Below the pieces are notes generated by a model, which ran no database searches, was not told the origin of the DNA, and was given only the letters and a program-made list of their open reading frames with translations. A DNA stretch of 64,000 nt from a candidate division FCPU426 bacterium (GTDB lineage: Bacteria > Oederibacteriota > Muellerivitia > Muellerivitales > Muellerivitaceae). This document shows, piece after piece, positions 47,881-58,158 of the stretch (positions are counted from its first letter, which is position 1; each line of letters opens with the position of its first letter). Position numbers and translations under genes: made by a program. The stretch spans positions 1-64,000 of the forward strand of contig CAWKAR010000063.1 of assembly GCA_963847625.1 (NCBI GenBank), read 5' to 3'.

Positions 47881-47886
47881 GAAAAA

Positions 47887-48459
47887 TTGCGATCGCTCCG
47901 GCTTTTCACGGCTGTTTCATTGAACGATGAATTGAGAAACCTAATCGGGGATGTCCTGCGAAATGGCGCAAAGTTGAAGGCCCCGGTCAAATGGGTGGAA
48001 CCCCATCAACTGCACATGACCCTCTTTTTTTTAGGGAGCCAACCGGAAGAACGCTTGGCCTTGATCATGGATTCGCTGGATAAACCTGCCGAAAAGGCCG
48101 GCTCCTTCACCCTGGAGCTGGATGGAATAGGAGCCTTCCCCTCCCTGGAAAGGCCGAAAGTCATATTCATGCCAGCGTTGGAGGGAAAAGAAGCCCTGTG
48201 CCTTCTGGCTTCAGGCATATCAGGAGTTTTAACGCCGTTGGGCATTCAGCCGGAGGAAAGGGAATATCACGCCCACGTGACTTTGGGGCGCGTGAAAGAA
48301 CCCAAGGGCATGGAGAATGTCCTGAAACGTCTGGAAGAAGGCTGTCCGCCGGTGCTGGGGAAAATGGCCGTGGATCATTTCTCCCTCTTTGAAAGCCGCC
48401 TTACCGAGAAAGGCCCGATTTATACCGAGTTGAAAAAATACTTTTTCCCGAAAGGATGA
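47887..48459 (+). CDS. thpR: RNA 2',3'-cyclic phosphodiesterase (2H family)
   Basis: Two HxT motifs (HMTL, HVTL). Confidence 0.93.
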   Translation: MRSLRLFTAVSLNDELRNLIGDVLRNGAKLKAPVKWVEPHQLHMTLFFLGSQPEERLALIMDSLDKPAEKAGSFTLELDGIGAFPSLERPKVIFMPALEGKEALCLLASGISGVLTPLGIQPEEREYHAHVTLGRVKEPKGMENVLKRLEEGCPPVLGKMAVDHFSLFESRLTEKGPIYTELKKYFFPKG

Positions 48460-48462
48460 ACA

Positions 48463-48951
48463 ATGGCTGAGGAGACAAAGGGGAAGCAAAACCCGGAACT
48501 CAATGAAAAGGAGCTGGAGGAGCAGTTAAAGGCTTACCAGCAGGCCCAACTGAATTTCCTGCACCAGCAGTTCCAGTGGCTGATCCAGTTCATCTCCAGT
48601 TATTTTCCCGGGGATCAATTGGCCATCGAAGACGCGGGCCCGGATGTCCACTTCATCCATAAGATCATCGAAGACGGAAAACCGATAGGGGCCCTGGTTT
48701 ACCGGTTCCGGAAAATCATGGATAAAAAAGGCTATTTCAAAGAAGTGGAAGGGGATTACCGGGAGGAACTAGAAGTGCCCGAGATCTTGTTCGTGGATTC
48801 GGAAACCCAAAAATTCAGCGCCCCGGAATCCACCGATGTGGAGGGGAATTTCGTGGAGATACCGCCGGAAAAATTAAATGGGAAAATCCGGGAATTGCGG
48901 GAAGAGATCAAGAAAAGGTTCAAGGTCAAGCAACTGCGGGAGAGCGTATAG
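48463..48951 (+). CDS. Hypothetical protein
   Basis: 162-aa ORF packed within the operon, with an RBS. Confidence 0.75.
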   Translation: MAEETKGKQNPELNEKELEEQLKAYQQAQLNFLHQQFQWLIQFISSYFPGDQLAIEDAGPDVHFIHKIIEDGKPIGALVYRFRKIMDKKGYFKEVEGDYREELEVPEILFVDSETQKFSAPESTDVEGNFVEIPPEKLNGKIRELREEIKKRFKVKQLRESV

Positions 48952-50097
48952 ATGGACAAGCGAGGGGCTTCCAACCCGTCCTCCCTCATGATGTACGGGG
49001 ACAGTGAGAGGGATTCCAACCTTTATTACGCCGTGAAATTCGTGGTGCCGGACCCTTTCCTGTTTTTCCAAATCCACGGCCGGAAAATCATCCTCATGAG
49101 CGACCTGGAATTGGGAAGGGCCCAAAAACAAGCTAAAGTCGATAATATCCTTTCCTATTCGGATATTCAAACGAGGGTGAAAAAAACCGGTGCTCCGAAA
49201 CCCGGCGTGGGGGACATGGCGGCTTTCTTCCTGAAAAGTCGGAAAGTGAGAAAGATCGCTGTCCCCGAGAACTTTCCCTTGGGACTGGCGGATGCCCTGA
49301 GGGAAAGGGGGCTGACGGTGTTATCCCTAACAGAGCCTTTCTTTCCGGAGCGCGTTTACAAATCCAAGCAGGAAATCCAAATGATCACCCGAACACTTCG
49401 GCATACCGAGGCCGCCATCAGGAAGGCCGAAGACCTGCTCCGGAAGTCCCGGATTGCCGGCAAGCGAATTTATTACCGGGGAACCTTGGTCACCTCGGAG
49501 CTCATTAAAAGGGTGATCAACCTTTCCTTGATGGAAAACAACTGCGTCGGGTGCCACACCATCGTGGCCAGCGGCAACCAGGGTTGCGATCCCCATCAGG
49601 AAGGGAAGGGGCCCATTTGGGCCCACCAATCCTTAGTGGTGGATGTGTTTCCCAGGTCGGAGGATTCTTTTTATTATGCGGATATCACCCGGACTTTCGT
49701 GAAGGGAAAAGCTTCGCCGATTTTAAAAGCCCAGTATGAGACGGTCCGAGCGGCCCAGGAAAAGGGAATCAGCATGGCGCGACCGGGCGTGAACGGAAGA
49801 GATATCCACGAGGTCGTCCAAAAGGAAATGGAAAGCCGTGGTTTCAAGACTGGAAATATAAACGGCGTCATGGCCGGGTTTTTCCACGGCACCGGGCACG
49901 GCCTGGGACTGGATGTGCATGAGGCACCCCGACTGAACAGCACCAGTCATTATTTGAAAAAAGGGGAAGTTGTCACGATCGAGCCGGGGCTTTATTACCC
50001 GGGCGTGGGAGCCGTGAGGATCGAGGACCTCTTGGTGATCACCGAAAAGGGGCGCCAAAACCTCACGGTCTATCCGAAGAAATTGGAAATTAGCTGA
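48952..50097 (+). CDS. M24 family Xaa-Pro peptidase
   Basis: DVFP..YYADITRT, HGTGHGLGLDVHE, TIEPGLY, VRIED. Confidence 0.95.
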   Translation: MDKRGASNPSSLMMYGDSERDSNLYYAVKFVVPDPFLFFQIHGRKIILMSDLELGRAQKQAKVDNILSYSDIQTRVKKTGAPKPGVGDMAAFFLKSRKVRKIAVPENFPLGLADALRERGLTVLSLTEPFFPERVYKSKQEIQMITRTLRHTEAAIRKAEDLLRKSRIAGKRIYYRGTLVTSELIKRVINLSLMENNCVGCHTIVASGNQGCDPHQEGKGPIWAHQSLVVDVFPRSEDSFYYADITRTFVKGKASPILKAQYETVRAAQEKGISMARPGVNGRDIHEVVQKEMESRGFKTGNINGVMAGFFHGTGHGLGLDVHEAPRLNSTSHYLKKGEVVTIEPGLYYPGVGAVRIEDLLVITEKGRQNLTVYPKKLEIS

Positions 50098-50122
50098 GAC
50101 CCTATGCGCGAAAGGTTTCGAC

Positions 50123-50872
50123 TTGCCAAATGAGCCAATTCACTTAGTAATAGGAACCCCCTGTTACGGCGGTCTGATCACCGTTCCTAATTTTATGGCG
50201 GCTTTAAGGCTGAGGGACTATTGCGGGAAAAACGGCATCCGTTTGACCTTTGCCATGCCCTGGGGCGACGCTTTGGTCACCCGGGCCAGGCAAAGCATCG
50301 CCGCTTATTTCCTGGAAGACCCCACGGCAACCCACCTGTTGTTCATCGACGCGGATATCAGCTATGAGGTGGAGCAGGTCCTGCGGTTCCTTAGGTTTAA
50401 CTGGGAAGTTTGCGCGGGTCTTTACCCCCTCAAACGGTACGACTGGGATAGGGTCCGAAAAAAAGTCTTGGCGGGTTACGAACACTTGGAATCGGCGGGT
50501 CTTTCCTACGTCATTGATTTGAAGGAACAATACGAAACGATCGATGGGTTCGGCAGGGTTGCCCGGGCGGGAACCGGTTTTTTAATGATCAAGCGGTCGG
50601 TCTTCGAGGCCATGGCGAAACGGTACCCCGAGTTGAAATACAAGGTGGCGGGTCCCCGAGGCGAAAAGGCCCACTACGCCTTTTTCAACTGCCTGGTAGA
50701 CGAAAAGGGGGATTACCTTTCGGAGGATTACAGCTTTTGCAAGCGCTGGACAGACATGGGCGGGGAGATCTGGGCAGATTTCCAGAGCCGCTTGAACCAC
50801 ATGGGGCCCGAGATGTTCAAGGGGGATGTGGCCCGGAATTTCATGCAGACCCATCCGAAGGAGCCGTCATGA
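50123..50872 (+). CDS. GT-A fold glycosyltransferase-like protein (paralog 1)
   Basis: TPCYGG, LVTRAR, HLLFIDAD, GTGF, SEDYSFC. Confidence 0.75.
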   Translation: MPNEPIHLVIGTPCYGGLITVPNFMAALRLRDYCGKNGIRLTFAMPWGDALVTRARQSIAAYFLEDPTATHLLFIDADISYEVEQVLRFLRFNWEVCAGLYPLKRYDWDRVRKKVLAGYEHLESAGLSYVIDLKEQYETIDGFGRVARAGTGFLMIKRSVFEAMAKRYPELKYKVAGPRGEKAHYAFFNCLVDEKGDYLSEDYSFCKRWTDMGGEIWADFQSRLNHMGPEMFKGDVARNFMQTHPKEPS

Positions 50873-51636
50873 AACCTGGCCAAAAGTTTCATCTGGTGAT
50901 CGGAACCCCCGCTTACGGGGGACAACTCACGGCGGTTTACGCGTCTTCAGTCCTGCAATTCATGGAAGTCTGCGATAATCTCAGCAACCTCCAGATCGAG
51001 GTGGCGGTACAATGGGGCGACGCCCTGGTTCCCAGGGCCAGGCAGGACTTGGTGACCCGCTTTATTGAGACGCAGCAGGCAACCCACCTGCTCTTTATCG
51101 ATTCGGATATCGGGTTCCCTCCCGAACAGGTTTTCCGTCTATTGGATTTTGACGCTGAAATGGCCGCGGGGGTTTACCCCTACAAGCGTTTGGATCTGGA
51201 GAGGGCCCGGAAAGCCCATGAAAAGAAAAGACCTATTCAAAGCCCGGAACTATGGTCCTATGGGGTGGAGTTTGAAGACCCCGGGAAAATAACCGTGAAG
51301 AACGGTTTCGCCAGGGCTCTTTACGCCGGGATGGGTTTTGTCCTGATCAAAAAATCCGTCTTTCATAAAATGATAAAACAATATCCGGAGCTCAAATATA
51401 CGGGTGGTTTTCGCGCCTCCGACCCATTCCCCCAAAGTCCCAATCGTTACGCTCTGTTCAACGAATTCATCGACGAATCAACGGGCCGTTACCTCCCGGA
51501 GGACCGGAGTTTCTGCCGCCGCTGGACCCGAATGGGAGGCAAGATCTGGGTCGACACCCAAAGCCGGCTTCAGCACATGGGCCCCACCGTTTTTGACGGC
51601 GATTTTTCCACCCAATTCTCTTCCGAAAGCCCGTAG
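50869..51636 (+). CDS. GT-A fold glycosyltransferase-like protein (paralog 2)
   Basis: TPAYGG, LVPRAR, HLLFIDSD, GMGF, PEDRSFC; ATGA overlap. Confidence 0.75.
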   Translation: MKPGQKFHLVIGTPAYGGQLTAVYASSVLQFMEVCDNLSNLQIEVAVQWGDALVPRARQDLVTRFIETQQATHLLFIDSDIGFPPEQVFRLLDFDAEMAAGVYPYKRLDLERARKAHEKKRPIQSPELWSYGVEFEDPGKITVKNGFARALYAGMGFVLIKKSVFHKMIKQYPELKYTGGFRASDPFPQSPNRYALFNEFIDESTGRYLPEDRSFCRRWTRMGGKIWVDTQSRLQHMGPTVFDGDFSTQFSSESP

Positions 51637-51747
51637 GGTTTAACTATTCATGCAGCTCTTGACCAACCCACCGAGCCAGGGTTGACAAGGGATATAATGA
51701 GGCCGTTCAATAAGTCATTACATAACTTTTTATTAAGCAGGCCTGTG

Positions 51748-52524
51748 ATGAAACCCTTCTCTTACACCTGCGTCCTGTCGGCGCTTCTTTTTCTATCCTT
51801 GCCTGTTTGGGGCCAAAATCAAACTTCCCCGGGGAAGACGATAACGCCCACCCCCACATGCACCTCGACCCCGGCCGATACTCCCACTCCGCCCCCCTTG
51901 TACCCGGACTATACCAGCGCCTATAACGCGGGCGTTCAGGACGCCAACGATAAAAGTTGGAAGAACTCCCTGGCGGCTTTTCAAGCCGCCTTGAATTACG
52001 CCACCTCTTTGCAAACCCGGGACGATTGCCAAAAAGGAATCGACGAGGCGAAAGCCCAGTTAAAAAACCTACCCCCGGCCCCAGCCCAAACGTCGGCGCC
52101 TACACCCACCTTGACTCCGGCACCGGTCGAGAATCCGGTTTTTTCGCCTTTAACAGGATTGCGGCTGGCCCTCTATTACTACAAGCTTCACAACTTGAAG
52201 AAGGCCTTGTCGGAATTGAGGGCGGCCAAACCAAAAAGTTTAAGCCAAAAGGCCTGCAGGTATTTCATCCTATACCGGGTCTATACGAAAAAAGCCCAGG
52301 TGGCCCTGAAACAGGGTTCCAAGAATCATTTCCAACGCGAACAGGACAAGGCGCTGGGATACAAGGCCGAATGCCAAAAGTTGATAACCGGGAAGGGAAG
52401 CGGGCAGGCGGTGGGGCCCGGCCGCATCGATTCCATTCAGAAAAGCATCGATCCTGTGAAAACTTTCCTGGATTGTTGCGATGAGGGAAAAGGGAATTGT
52501 GGTGACATACCGTGGGATATTTAA
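51748..52524 (+). CDS. Secreted Pro/Thr-rich, helical (TPR-like) protein
   Basis: Signal peptide, TPTP linkers, helical repeats, Cys-rich end. Confidence 0.65.
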   Translation: MKPFSYTCVLSALLFLSLPVWGQNQTSPGKTITPTPTCTSTPADTPTPPPLYPDYTSAYNAGVQDANDKSWKNSLAAFQAALNYATSLQTRDDCQKGIDEAKAQLKNLPPAPAQTSAPTPTLTPAPVENPVFSPLTGLRLALYYYKLHNLKKALSELRAAKPKSLSQKACRYFILYRVYTKKAQVALKQGSKNHFQREQDKALGYKAECQKLITGKGSGQAVGPGRIDSIQKSIDPVKTFLDCCDEGKGNCGDIPWDI

Positions 52525-52762
52525 AAGGCGAGGCCGTATGTAAGATCGAAATGGAGTAAGGTGGTAAAGGGAGGGAGGGGCAATAGCCCTTTGTTCCGGC
52601 AATTTCTACATGGGAGGTATGGGAAGGGGTTTAAAACTGAGTGTTTTTAAAGGGTGCCCAGCCTAAACTCAACCCATTTTTATGATTTAATTTGCTACCT
52701 TCTAACATAGTTTAGCGATAAAATAAGAGTGTAAATAGGTACCTTTAAAAGCTCACATCCGC

Positions 52763-52778
52763 CGTGAGTGCCCTCACG
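52763..52778. promoter_or_regulatory. Palindrome CGTGAGTGCCCTCACG (second copy)
   Basis: 15/16 identical to 34735-34750, similar distance to the HPr start. Confidence 0.65.
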
Positions 52779-52861
52779 AACCCCAAAAATTGATGTTCTC
52801 ATAATACATTTCCGTCTTGTACGTGAACCATCGCTCTTAATTTCATCATGAGGAGGCTCTC

Positions 52862-53134
52862 ATGGAAATTACCGAGAAGATGAAAATCACCAACCGTTTA
52901 GGACTTCACTTGAGAGCGGCCGCCCAATTCGTGAAAACCGCGTCCAAATTCAAGTGTTTGATACTGGTTAAAAACCATCACCGAACCGCGGATGGCAAAA
53001 GCCTGCTTAACATGATGACCTTGGCGTCACCCTTCGGTTCGGAACTCACGTTGATGTTCAGCGGCGTGGATGCCTGGGACGCCCGGATAGCCATCCATGA
53101 CCTGCTTTTAAATAAATTCGGGGAAGCAAATTAA
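52862..53134 (+). CDS. ptsH: HPr-family phosphocarrier protein (copy 2)
   Basis: NRLGLHLRAAA, DGKSLLNMMTL; RBS GAGGAGG. Confidence 0.9.
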   Translation: MEITEKMKITNRLGLHLRAAAQFVKTASKFKCLILVKNHHRTADGKSLLNMMTLASPFGSELTLMFSGVDAWDARIAIHDLLLNKFGEAN

Positions 53135-53174
53135 ATTTCACCTCTTGAAGTATGTTGGAACCAGGAGGAACACC

Positions 53175-53378
53175 ATGGATCGATACAAATTTTTGGAACA
53201 ATTTTTCGAGGAACAGCACCACAAGTGGAAAAAGATTGCCCCCCTATCCGTTCGAAAAGAAAACAACCCGCTTCCGGATTCCAGCGGGCCCTTTAACCAA
53301 GCGAGCTCAAGCGAGCCGGTCACTTCAAGTTCATCAAACGAGGATAAAAATAAATCCTTCAGGTATTCAAAGCCCTGA
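53175..53378 (+). CDS. Small hypothetical protein (LEQFFEEQH.KWKK), copy 2
   Basis: RBS AGGAGG; homologous to 35146..35328. Confidence 0.7.
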   Translation: MDRYKFLEQFFEEQHHKWKKIAPLSVRKENNPLPDSSGPFNQASSSEPVTSSSSNEDKNKSFRYSKP

Positions 53379-53420
53379 AGCCGCTTTGCATTTTCTAAGA
53401 GACGAGAAGGGGGTGAAAAT

Positions 53421-53645
53421 ATGAAAAAGACAGATCAGCAAGTCCTCAAAAAATTCGGGGAGAACGTCCGCAAGATCCGCAAAATGCACGGCTGGACCCA
53501 GCCAAAGTTAGGCGCCCGGGCTGGGTTGGCGGCCAACTTCATCGGTTTCGTGGAACGCGCCGAGAGAAGTATTACGCTTAAGAATATCGTCAGGATCCAA
53601 AAGGGTTTAGGCTGCTCCATGAACAAACTCTTTGAAGGGATTTAA
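53421..53645 (+). CDS. XRE-family HTH regulator
   Basis: FGENVRKIR...WTQ.KLG..AGL...IG.VERAER.ITL.NI.RI. Confidence 0.92.
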   Translation: MKKTDQQVLKKFGENVRKIRKMHGWTQPKLGARAGLAANFIGFVERAERSITLKNIVRIQKGLGCSMNKLFEGI

Positions 53646-53723
53646 ATAAAGTAATACCAAACTTTCTAACTCCTCATGTCAACTTTCCGGAAAGTTGTCA
53701 ATGAGGCTGTTTCCTCGTATCCC

Positions 53724-54506
53724 TTAATAGAGATGTTGACGCTCGTTCATGAAAAAGGTAAAGGATGAGGCTTTACAGCCGGGGAAAGACGATTGGTTCA
53801 ACTGGATGATTTGCAAAAAAACCGCGTACCGATCTTCTCCGGGCGTCTCATTGCAGAACACACTTTTGGGTACCATGTAGGGATTATTGGGGATCGGCGA
53901 CCCGATGTGCCACAACACGTTATCTTTTCCTTTTTCTCCGACTACGATCAGGCTCATGTTCCCGGCGTTTTTGGCCCATGTACAGGTCACTCCCGATGAT
54001 CCGCTCGAGATAGCCGGGTTTCCGTTGATGGCCATAATCGTCGAGGCGTAGGAAGAGCCGCCGATTTTCACATTGAAGGTGTAGTTTTTTCCAATCGTTA
54101 CGCCCATGGTACTTTGATAGATTCCGCCGGTGATCGGCGGGACGCCGTATAGGGTGGCGACACCACTCATGGAAGGTTCCACGCCCTTGAATGACAAGAG
54201 AACTGATTTGCCGTTGCCGGCAAGGGTGACGGACGCGGTCGTGACGGCGTTGCCATTGTTATCCGCAATATACACCGTGCTGACGCCAAATAGGCCCCGG
54301 GTAGTGTTGACCGCCATCATGATGGCCTGTATGACCGGTCCGTCGCTCTGGATGGCCGATGTTTTCAACGGCGTTGCCGCCATTGTCCCCGCAGGTGAGG
54401 AATTGGCCGGGGGCACGGCCGCCGCACTCTTGGAACTGAGTGGCATGGTTACAAACAAAAAAGACAGGATGATCGGAACCAATATAAAACGCTGGCTTCG
54501 TGACAT
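53724..54506 (-). CDS. Secreted hypothetical beta-rich protein
   Basis: Signal-like N-terminus from MSRSQRF. Confidence 0.65.
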   Translation of the reverse strand: MSRSQRFILVPIILSFLFVTMPLSSKSAAAVPPANSSPAGTMAATPLKTSAIQSDGPVIQAIMMAVNTTRGLFGVSTVYIADNNGNAVTTASVTLAGNGKSVLLSFKGVEPSMSGVATLYGVPPITGGIYQSTMGVTIGKNYTFNVKIGGSSYASTIMAINGNPAISSGSSGVTCTWAKNAGNMSLIVVGEKGKDNVLWHIGSPIPNNPYMVPKSVFCNETPGEDRYAVFLQIIQLNQSSFPGCKASSFTFFMNERQHLY

Positions 54507-54793
54507 AAAACCCCCTAGAAAAAAATGGATTTCCGAATTTTTCAAGACCCTATTGAGGCATGATTATATACGCTGATTCACCAAACGAATTTTTTACTGC
54601 ACCCTCACCAAACCCGTCAGGCCGGGGCCGGCACCCGGGAAAGGGAGAAAGCCCTGGGTTCAATGAAGAATTTCTTGGATTTATTGTATTTTAGGTTCCC
54701 AAAACTTTTTAGGCATTCCTGAAATTCCAGGGAAAAGGTAATATTAAGCGTCATTTTGTCTGCTCGAATAAATTTCAATGAGGGAGAACCATC

Positions 54794-55972
54794 ATGAAGC
54801 CCATGAGGTACCTTGCCCTTGGCGTCCTATTGTTTTATCTGCCGGCCGTTTCCAATGCCAAGACACCAGCGCCTGCTAATTTACAGTCCCATCCGTTCAA
54901 TGACGGATTGGTTTTAAGTTGGACCCCGCCGGCCTTTTCGGGAATCAAGGGCTACAATATTTACATCAAACGGCCCGGATCGAAAGATTTTACCCTTGTC
55001 ACAGCCCAGCCCGTTACTGAAACCACGGTTAATTTAAAACATTTGAAAGTCGGCCAGGAATATGAATTCGCGGTGGCCACCGTCGATTCCACCGGCAAGG
55101 AAAGCCCCCTGAAGCGGCTCAAGGTGGTCCCGAAGAATCCCGTGCTTTCACCTCCCCTGGGTTTCAAGACGGATATTTCAGACAAAGGAATCCAATTGAC
55201 TTGGGATAAAGCCGATCCGGCATGGGTGTCAGGCTTCAATCTTTATTTGGCCGACAAAAACGGCAGCCCAGGGCGGAAGCTTTCCGGCGAGCCCATTACC
55301 GACAACCAGGTGACCTTGGCCAACCTCAAAAAAGATAAAACCTACAGGTTTTTATTGACGGCTTTGTCACTGGATGGCCGGGAAGGCCCGCCCACGCAGG
55401 TTTTGGAGGTCCCTTACTCTAGCCGGCCGCTTGGGACCCCGGCGTACCCCGCGGCAACGCCAGTTGCCGCCCCCGCGGAACCAAAACCAACCCCTGCGAA
55501 TCCCCATAGTTCTTATTTTGTGGAATTGGCGGGCGGGATGGATTTCCCGGTAAAAAATTGGCAACCCGCCTACCAGCGGGGTCCGGGCTGGAAAATCAGC
55601 GCGGGTTATGTCTTGGATAAGAACCTGGCTGTCCAACTGGATGTGGAAGGCTTTTATTTTTCAGGGACCAATTATTCCGGCCCCATCGCCTATACCGGAT
55701 TTCTTGTTTCGCCGACCCTCCATTACAGCTTCTTTGAAAAAGGAATAAGACCTTATCTCTTGGCTGGCGGGGGAGCGGATTTTGAATTCTTATCCGCCAC
55801 ATCAGGCCGGATTACCATTGTCAATCCGGACGCGGCGGTTGGAGCGGGCGTGGAAGTCCCATTGGCAAGGCAAACCCATGTTTTTGCCGAAGGAAAATAT
55901 AATCTCATTTTCTTTTCAAAGGTCACCGGACAGGATGTTCCTATATTGGCCGGTGTGCGCTTCAGCCTTTGA
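54794..55972 (+). CDS. Two fibronectin type III domains plus outer-membrane beta-barrel
   Basis: LSW..GYNIY..Y.FAV..ES pattern twice; PYLLAGGG; terminal GVRFSL. Confidence 0.85.
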   Translation: MKPMRYLALGVLLFYLPAVSNAKTPAPANLQSHPFNDGLVLSWTPPAFSGIKGYNIYIKRPGSKDFTLVTAQPVTETTVNLKHLKVGQEYEFAVATVDSTGKESPLKRLKVVPKNPVLSPPLGFKTDISDKGIQLTWDKADPAWVSGFNLYLADKNGSPGRKLSGEPITDNQVTLANLKKDKTYRFLLTALSLDGREGPPTQVLEVPYSSRPLGTPAYPAATPVAAPAEPKPTPANPHSSYFVELAGGMDFPVKNWQPAYQRGPGWKISAGYVLDKNLAVQLDVEGFYFSGTNYSGPIAYTGFLVSPTLHYSFFEKGIRPYLLAGGGADFEFLSATSGRITIVNPDAAVGAGVEVPLARQTHVFAEGKYNLIFFSKVTGQDVPILAGVRFSL

Positions 55973-56167
55973 GGCGATTTTATTTATTTCGGGGCCTAAC
56001 TCTACACTCCTCACTTCTAACTTTTCTTTATTTTAAGGGGGTGTATAAGGGCAAGTGCAGGGAAAGCTTGACTCGGACTTTACCCACATACATCCCCAGG
56101 GACCTATCTATGATAGGGGAGGTTTAACCAGACGCTGGAAAAACCAGCCTGACCGGAAATTCAATTT

Positions 56168-57565
56168 ATGGATCAACCTAAACCCGTTCCCCAGCCCAAA
56201 ATCGCCTGGCGCAAAACGGCGGGGGAAGCTTCCTTGCCGGAAGTCAACCGCAGCGTTCTCGTGCCGGTAACTGCCTCCTTTTGGCGGAAATTGTTCGCGT
56301 TCGCGGGCCCGGGATTTTTGGTTGCCGTGGGTTACATGGATCCGGGAAATTGGGCGACGGATTTGGCCGGCGGCGCGAAATACGGCTACAGCCTGTTGTG
56401 CGTCATCCTAGTTTCCAATTTGATGGCGGTTTTGCTCCAGCATTTGTCCGTCAAACTGGGCATCGCCACGGACCGCGACCTGGCGCAGGCGTGCCGCGAC
56501 CATTACTCGAAACCGGTGGTCTGGTTTCTTTGGGTCCTCTGCGAAATCCAAATTGCCGCCTGTGACTTGGCGGAAGTCGTCGGTTCGGCCATTGCGTTGC
56601 AACTGCTTTTCGGCCTACCGCTGATTTGGGGCTGTGTCATTTCCGCGGCCGACGTGATGGCCGTGCTTTACCTGCAAAACAAGGGTTTCCGTTTCATCGA
56701 GGCGCTGGTGATCGTGCTGATCGCGACCGTCGGCGCTTGTTTCGCGGCGGAAATATGGTGGTCAAAACCCGATTTCGCGGGAATGATGATGGGCTTTGTC
56801 CCCGGCCTGGAAATCCTCAGGAACCCGGGCATGCTTTACGTGAGCATCGGAATCATCGGCGCGACCGTCATGCCGCATAACCTGTACCTGCATTCGTCCA
56901 TCGTCCAGACACGAAAATACGAGCGCAGTCCCGGCGGCAAGCGCGAAGCTGTCAAATTCGCGACGATCGACTCGACTACAGCGCTCCTGTGCGCGCTTCT
57001 CGTCAACTGCGCGATTCTCGCGCTAGCGGCGGTGTTTTACAGGTCGGGGCACCAGGACGTGGCGGAAATCCAGGAGGCCTACAAGTTGTTGAGCCCGCTG
57101 ATCGGCATACCGGCTGCGGGCGTCCTATTCGCGGTCGCCTTGCTGGCTTCGGGGCAAAACTCCACTTTGACCGGCACGCTCGCCGGACAGATCATCATGG
57201 AAGGCTTCTTGAATATCCGGCTGAGGCCCTGGCTGCGCCGGATGATCACGCGGGCGATGGCGATTGTCCCCGCCGTATGCGTGATCGGTTATTTCGGCGA
57301 ATCCAAAACCACGGACCTGCTTGTCGCGAGCCAAGTCGTGCTTTCCGTGCAGCTCGGCTTCGCCGTCTGGCCGTTGCTGAGGTTCACCGGCGACAAGGCC
57401 AAGATGGGCGAATTCGTTAACCCGGCTTGGGTCAAAATCCTCGGCTGGACGGCGGCAGGGGTGATTATCGCGCTGAACGCGAAGCTGGTTTTGGATATGG
57501 TCCTGCCGGAGCCCTTTTTAAGGGTGTTTTGGGGCATCCTTGGATTGGGCATGCAGGTCCAATAG
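56168..57565 (+). CDS. mntH: Nramp divalent metal transporter
   Basis: GYMDPGNWAT, GATVMPHNLYLHS, GQNSTLTGTLAGQ. Confidence 0.97.
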   Translation: MDQPKPVPQPKIAWRKTAGEASLPEVNRSVLVPVTASFWRKLFAFAGPGFLVAVGYMDPGNWATDLAGGAKYGYSLLCVILVSNLMAVLLQHLSVKLGIATDRDLAQACRDHYSKPVVWFLWVLCEIQIAACDLAEVVGSAIALQLLFGLPLIWGCVISAADVMAVLYLQNKGFRFIEALVIVLIATVGACFAAEIWWSKPDFAGMMMGFVPGLEILRNPGMLYVSIGIIGATVMPHNLYLHSSIVQTRKYERSPGGKREAVKFATIDSTTALLCALLVNCAILALAAVFYRSGHQDVAEIQEAYKLLSPLIGIPAAGVLFAVALLASGQNSTLTGTLAGQIIMEGFLNIRLRPWLRRMITRAMAIVPAVCVIGYFGESKTTDLLVASQVVLSVQLGFAVWPLLRFTGDKAKMGEFVNPAWVKILGWTAAGVIIALNAKLVLDMVLPEPFLRVFWGILGLGMQVQ

Positions 57566-57583
57566 ATAATGGAGGGTAATACG

Positions 57584-58012
57584 ATGTTCAAAAAAATCCT
57601 GGTGGCGCTTGAAAACAGTCCGGCGGATGAAACCATCCTGTCGTACGCCTTGGAACTGGGGAAACAGAATGGCGTGGAACTTCTCCTGGTGCACGTGGCC
57701 GACGGCTGGGTCGCGCGTCATTTCCAACAGTTCAATCTCGCTGAATCCGAGGAAATGAAAAACGACCGTGAGTACCTGGAAAAAACCGCGGACGAATTGG
57801 GCGCGAAGGGGCTGGCCGTGACGACCGTGTTGGCTCTCGGCGATCCTCCGGCGGAAATCCTCAAAGCGGCCGACTCCGAGCATTGCGAACTGATCATGAT
57901 GGCGACCCACGGGCACCGGTTCTTCGGCGACCTTTTCCACGGAAGCACCATCTCGGAAGTACGGCACAAAACCTCCATGCCGATGTTCGTGGTCCGAGCG
58001 AAAAAAATATAA
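57584..58012 (+). CDS. Universal stress protein
   Basis: FKKILVAL, GDP..EI, MATHGH..D..HGST. Confidence 0.93.
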   Translation: MFKKILVALENSPADETILSYALELGKQNGVELLLVHVADGWVARHFQQFNLAESEEMKNDREYLEKTADELGAKGLAVTTVLALGDPPAEILKAADSEHCELIMMATHGHRFFGDLFHGSTISEVRHKTSMPMFVVRAKKI

Positions 58013-58158
58013 GACCCGGCGGGGTTGAGGAAAAACTGTTGGATTCCATTTGACTTCAAGAAGGGATTTTTAATTTTAGGGTTTTAACTTCTCACTTCTA
58101 ACTTGCCCTGGGTGACCGAAGGGGGTCGAAGGGGCATGATTATTTTCGCGGAGGTTTT

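Noticed and set aside
47887..48951. recA absent after cinA-thpR, where it often lies
   Set aside because: recA is intact about 19 kb upstream; ordinary rearrangement.
56000..58105. CTCACTTCTAACTT present on both sides of mntH-usp (about 56010 and 58090); possible Mn riboswitch upstream of mntH
   Set aside because: The 14-bp low-complexity match is too weak to call an insertion boundary, and no yybP-ykoY consensus was recognised.
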